Below are positions 63,325-64,000 of a DNA stretch of 64,000 nt, piece by piece (position 1 is the stretch's first letter; every line of letters starts with the position of its first letter). Origin of the DNA: Negaprion brevirostris (lineage: Eukaryota); the NCBI GenBank assembly GCA_030324005.1, contig JARDVH010000001.1:104652488-104716487 (forward strand), given 5' to 3'. Under the pieces are notes generated by a model. That model was not told the origin of the DNA and made no database searches. It saw nothing but the letters and a program-made list of their open reading frames with translations. Made by a program: the position numbers and the translations under genes.

Positions 63325-63670
63325 GTCAATTGGTAAACCCTTAACTATGAGTCAGAAGTTGTGGGTTCAAATCCTGCTCCAGAGACTGCAGTGCCAAGAA
63401 ATCTTGGCTGATATTCTTACCCGAGGGGCGGGTTCGATCTTTCAGACGAGACATTAAACTGAGTTTTCAGTTGAATGCACAGGATCTTATAGAAGGACAA
63501 CAGGGATATTATTGCTACTATACTGGCTAATATTAGTTAAAAAAACGGTCTTTATCAATAGCTGCATGTTTGCTACAGTGTTTCCCACATTACAACAGTA
63601 TCTATGTTTCAAAAGTATTTCATGGCTGTGGAGCCCTGGGCATCCTGTGGATGTGGAAGGTGGTATAAAC
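63325..63670 (+). mobile_element. DeuSINE (SacSINE1-like)
   Basis: tgagtcagaagttgtgggttcaaatcc.ctccagagact head; tctttcagacgagacattaaac; tttcccacattacaacagt tail. Confidence 0.75.
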
Positions 63671-64000
63671 ATGCGAGTCTTTTTTTTGATAATTTGGAAA
63701 TGTACATCAGAATGATCAATACATACCCTAGCAGTAAAGATCTTAGTGTAGAATTGAAAATTAAGATCATAGGCAAGTTTTGTACATCTTAATGTAGAAA
63801 TTCAATCTTTCAGGTCTTGTGGGGTCAGTTTTTTCACAACTTTCCACGTCAACAGCATAGAAAATTTACAACAAAACAAGCTAATGACTAATATCAACGT
63901 TAATGTTAGCCCAAGCACAGGAAGTGATATCACGCTACTCTTTCAAAACAGCAGTCCATCTGTCACGATGCAGCAATATCCTCTTTTGCACTCAGTCAGT

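Overview
This is vertebrate genomic DNA, very probably a shark or other cartilaginous fish, judged from HE1-like V-SINEs, SacSINE1-like DeuSINEs, abundant CR1 LINEs and Penelope-like elements. It holds one supportable protein-coding gene, PRDM8, on the minus strand: three coding exons (26593-26372, 25422-25191, 24175-22917), all GT-AG, giving 570 aa with a PR/SET domain and three zinc fingers. A CpG-island promoter lies at about 28.7-29.1 kb next to an N gap, and a chain of small non-coding 5' exons is predicted between them. The gene sits in a ~20 kb transposon-poor, CpG-retaining block (about 17-37 kb) with candidate enhancers, including three CATATG E-boxes in 63 bp. Both flanks are nested decayed transposons: CR1, L2/Crack-like, Rex1, Penelope-like elements with decayed hammerhead ribozymes, Gypsy/ERV remnants, solo LTRs, Harbinger-like MITEs and SINEs. 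There is also a 34-bp minisatellite. I found no CRISPR array, rRNA or intact tRNA, and no evidence of a wholly new biological system. The best leads are regulatory (multi-exon uORF-rich 5'UTR, possible BHLHE22/PRDM8 feedback element) and an RTE-type bipartite SINE with a perfect 13-bp TSD. Repeat boundaries are approximate, and family names come from recalled motifs, not database searches.
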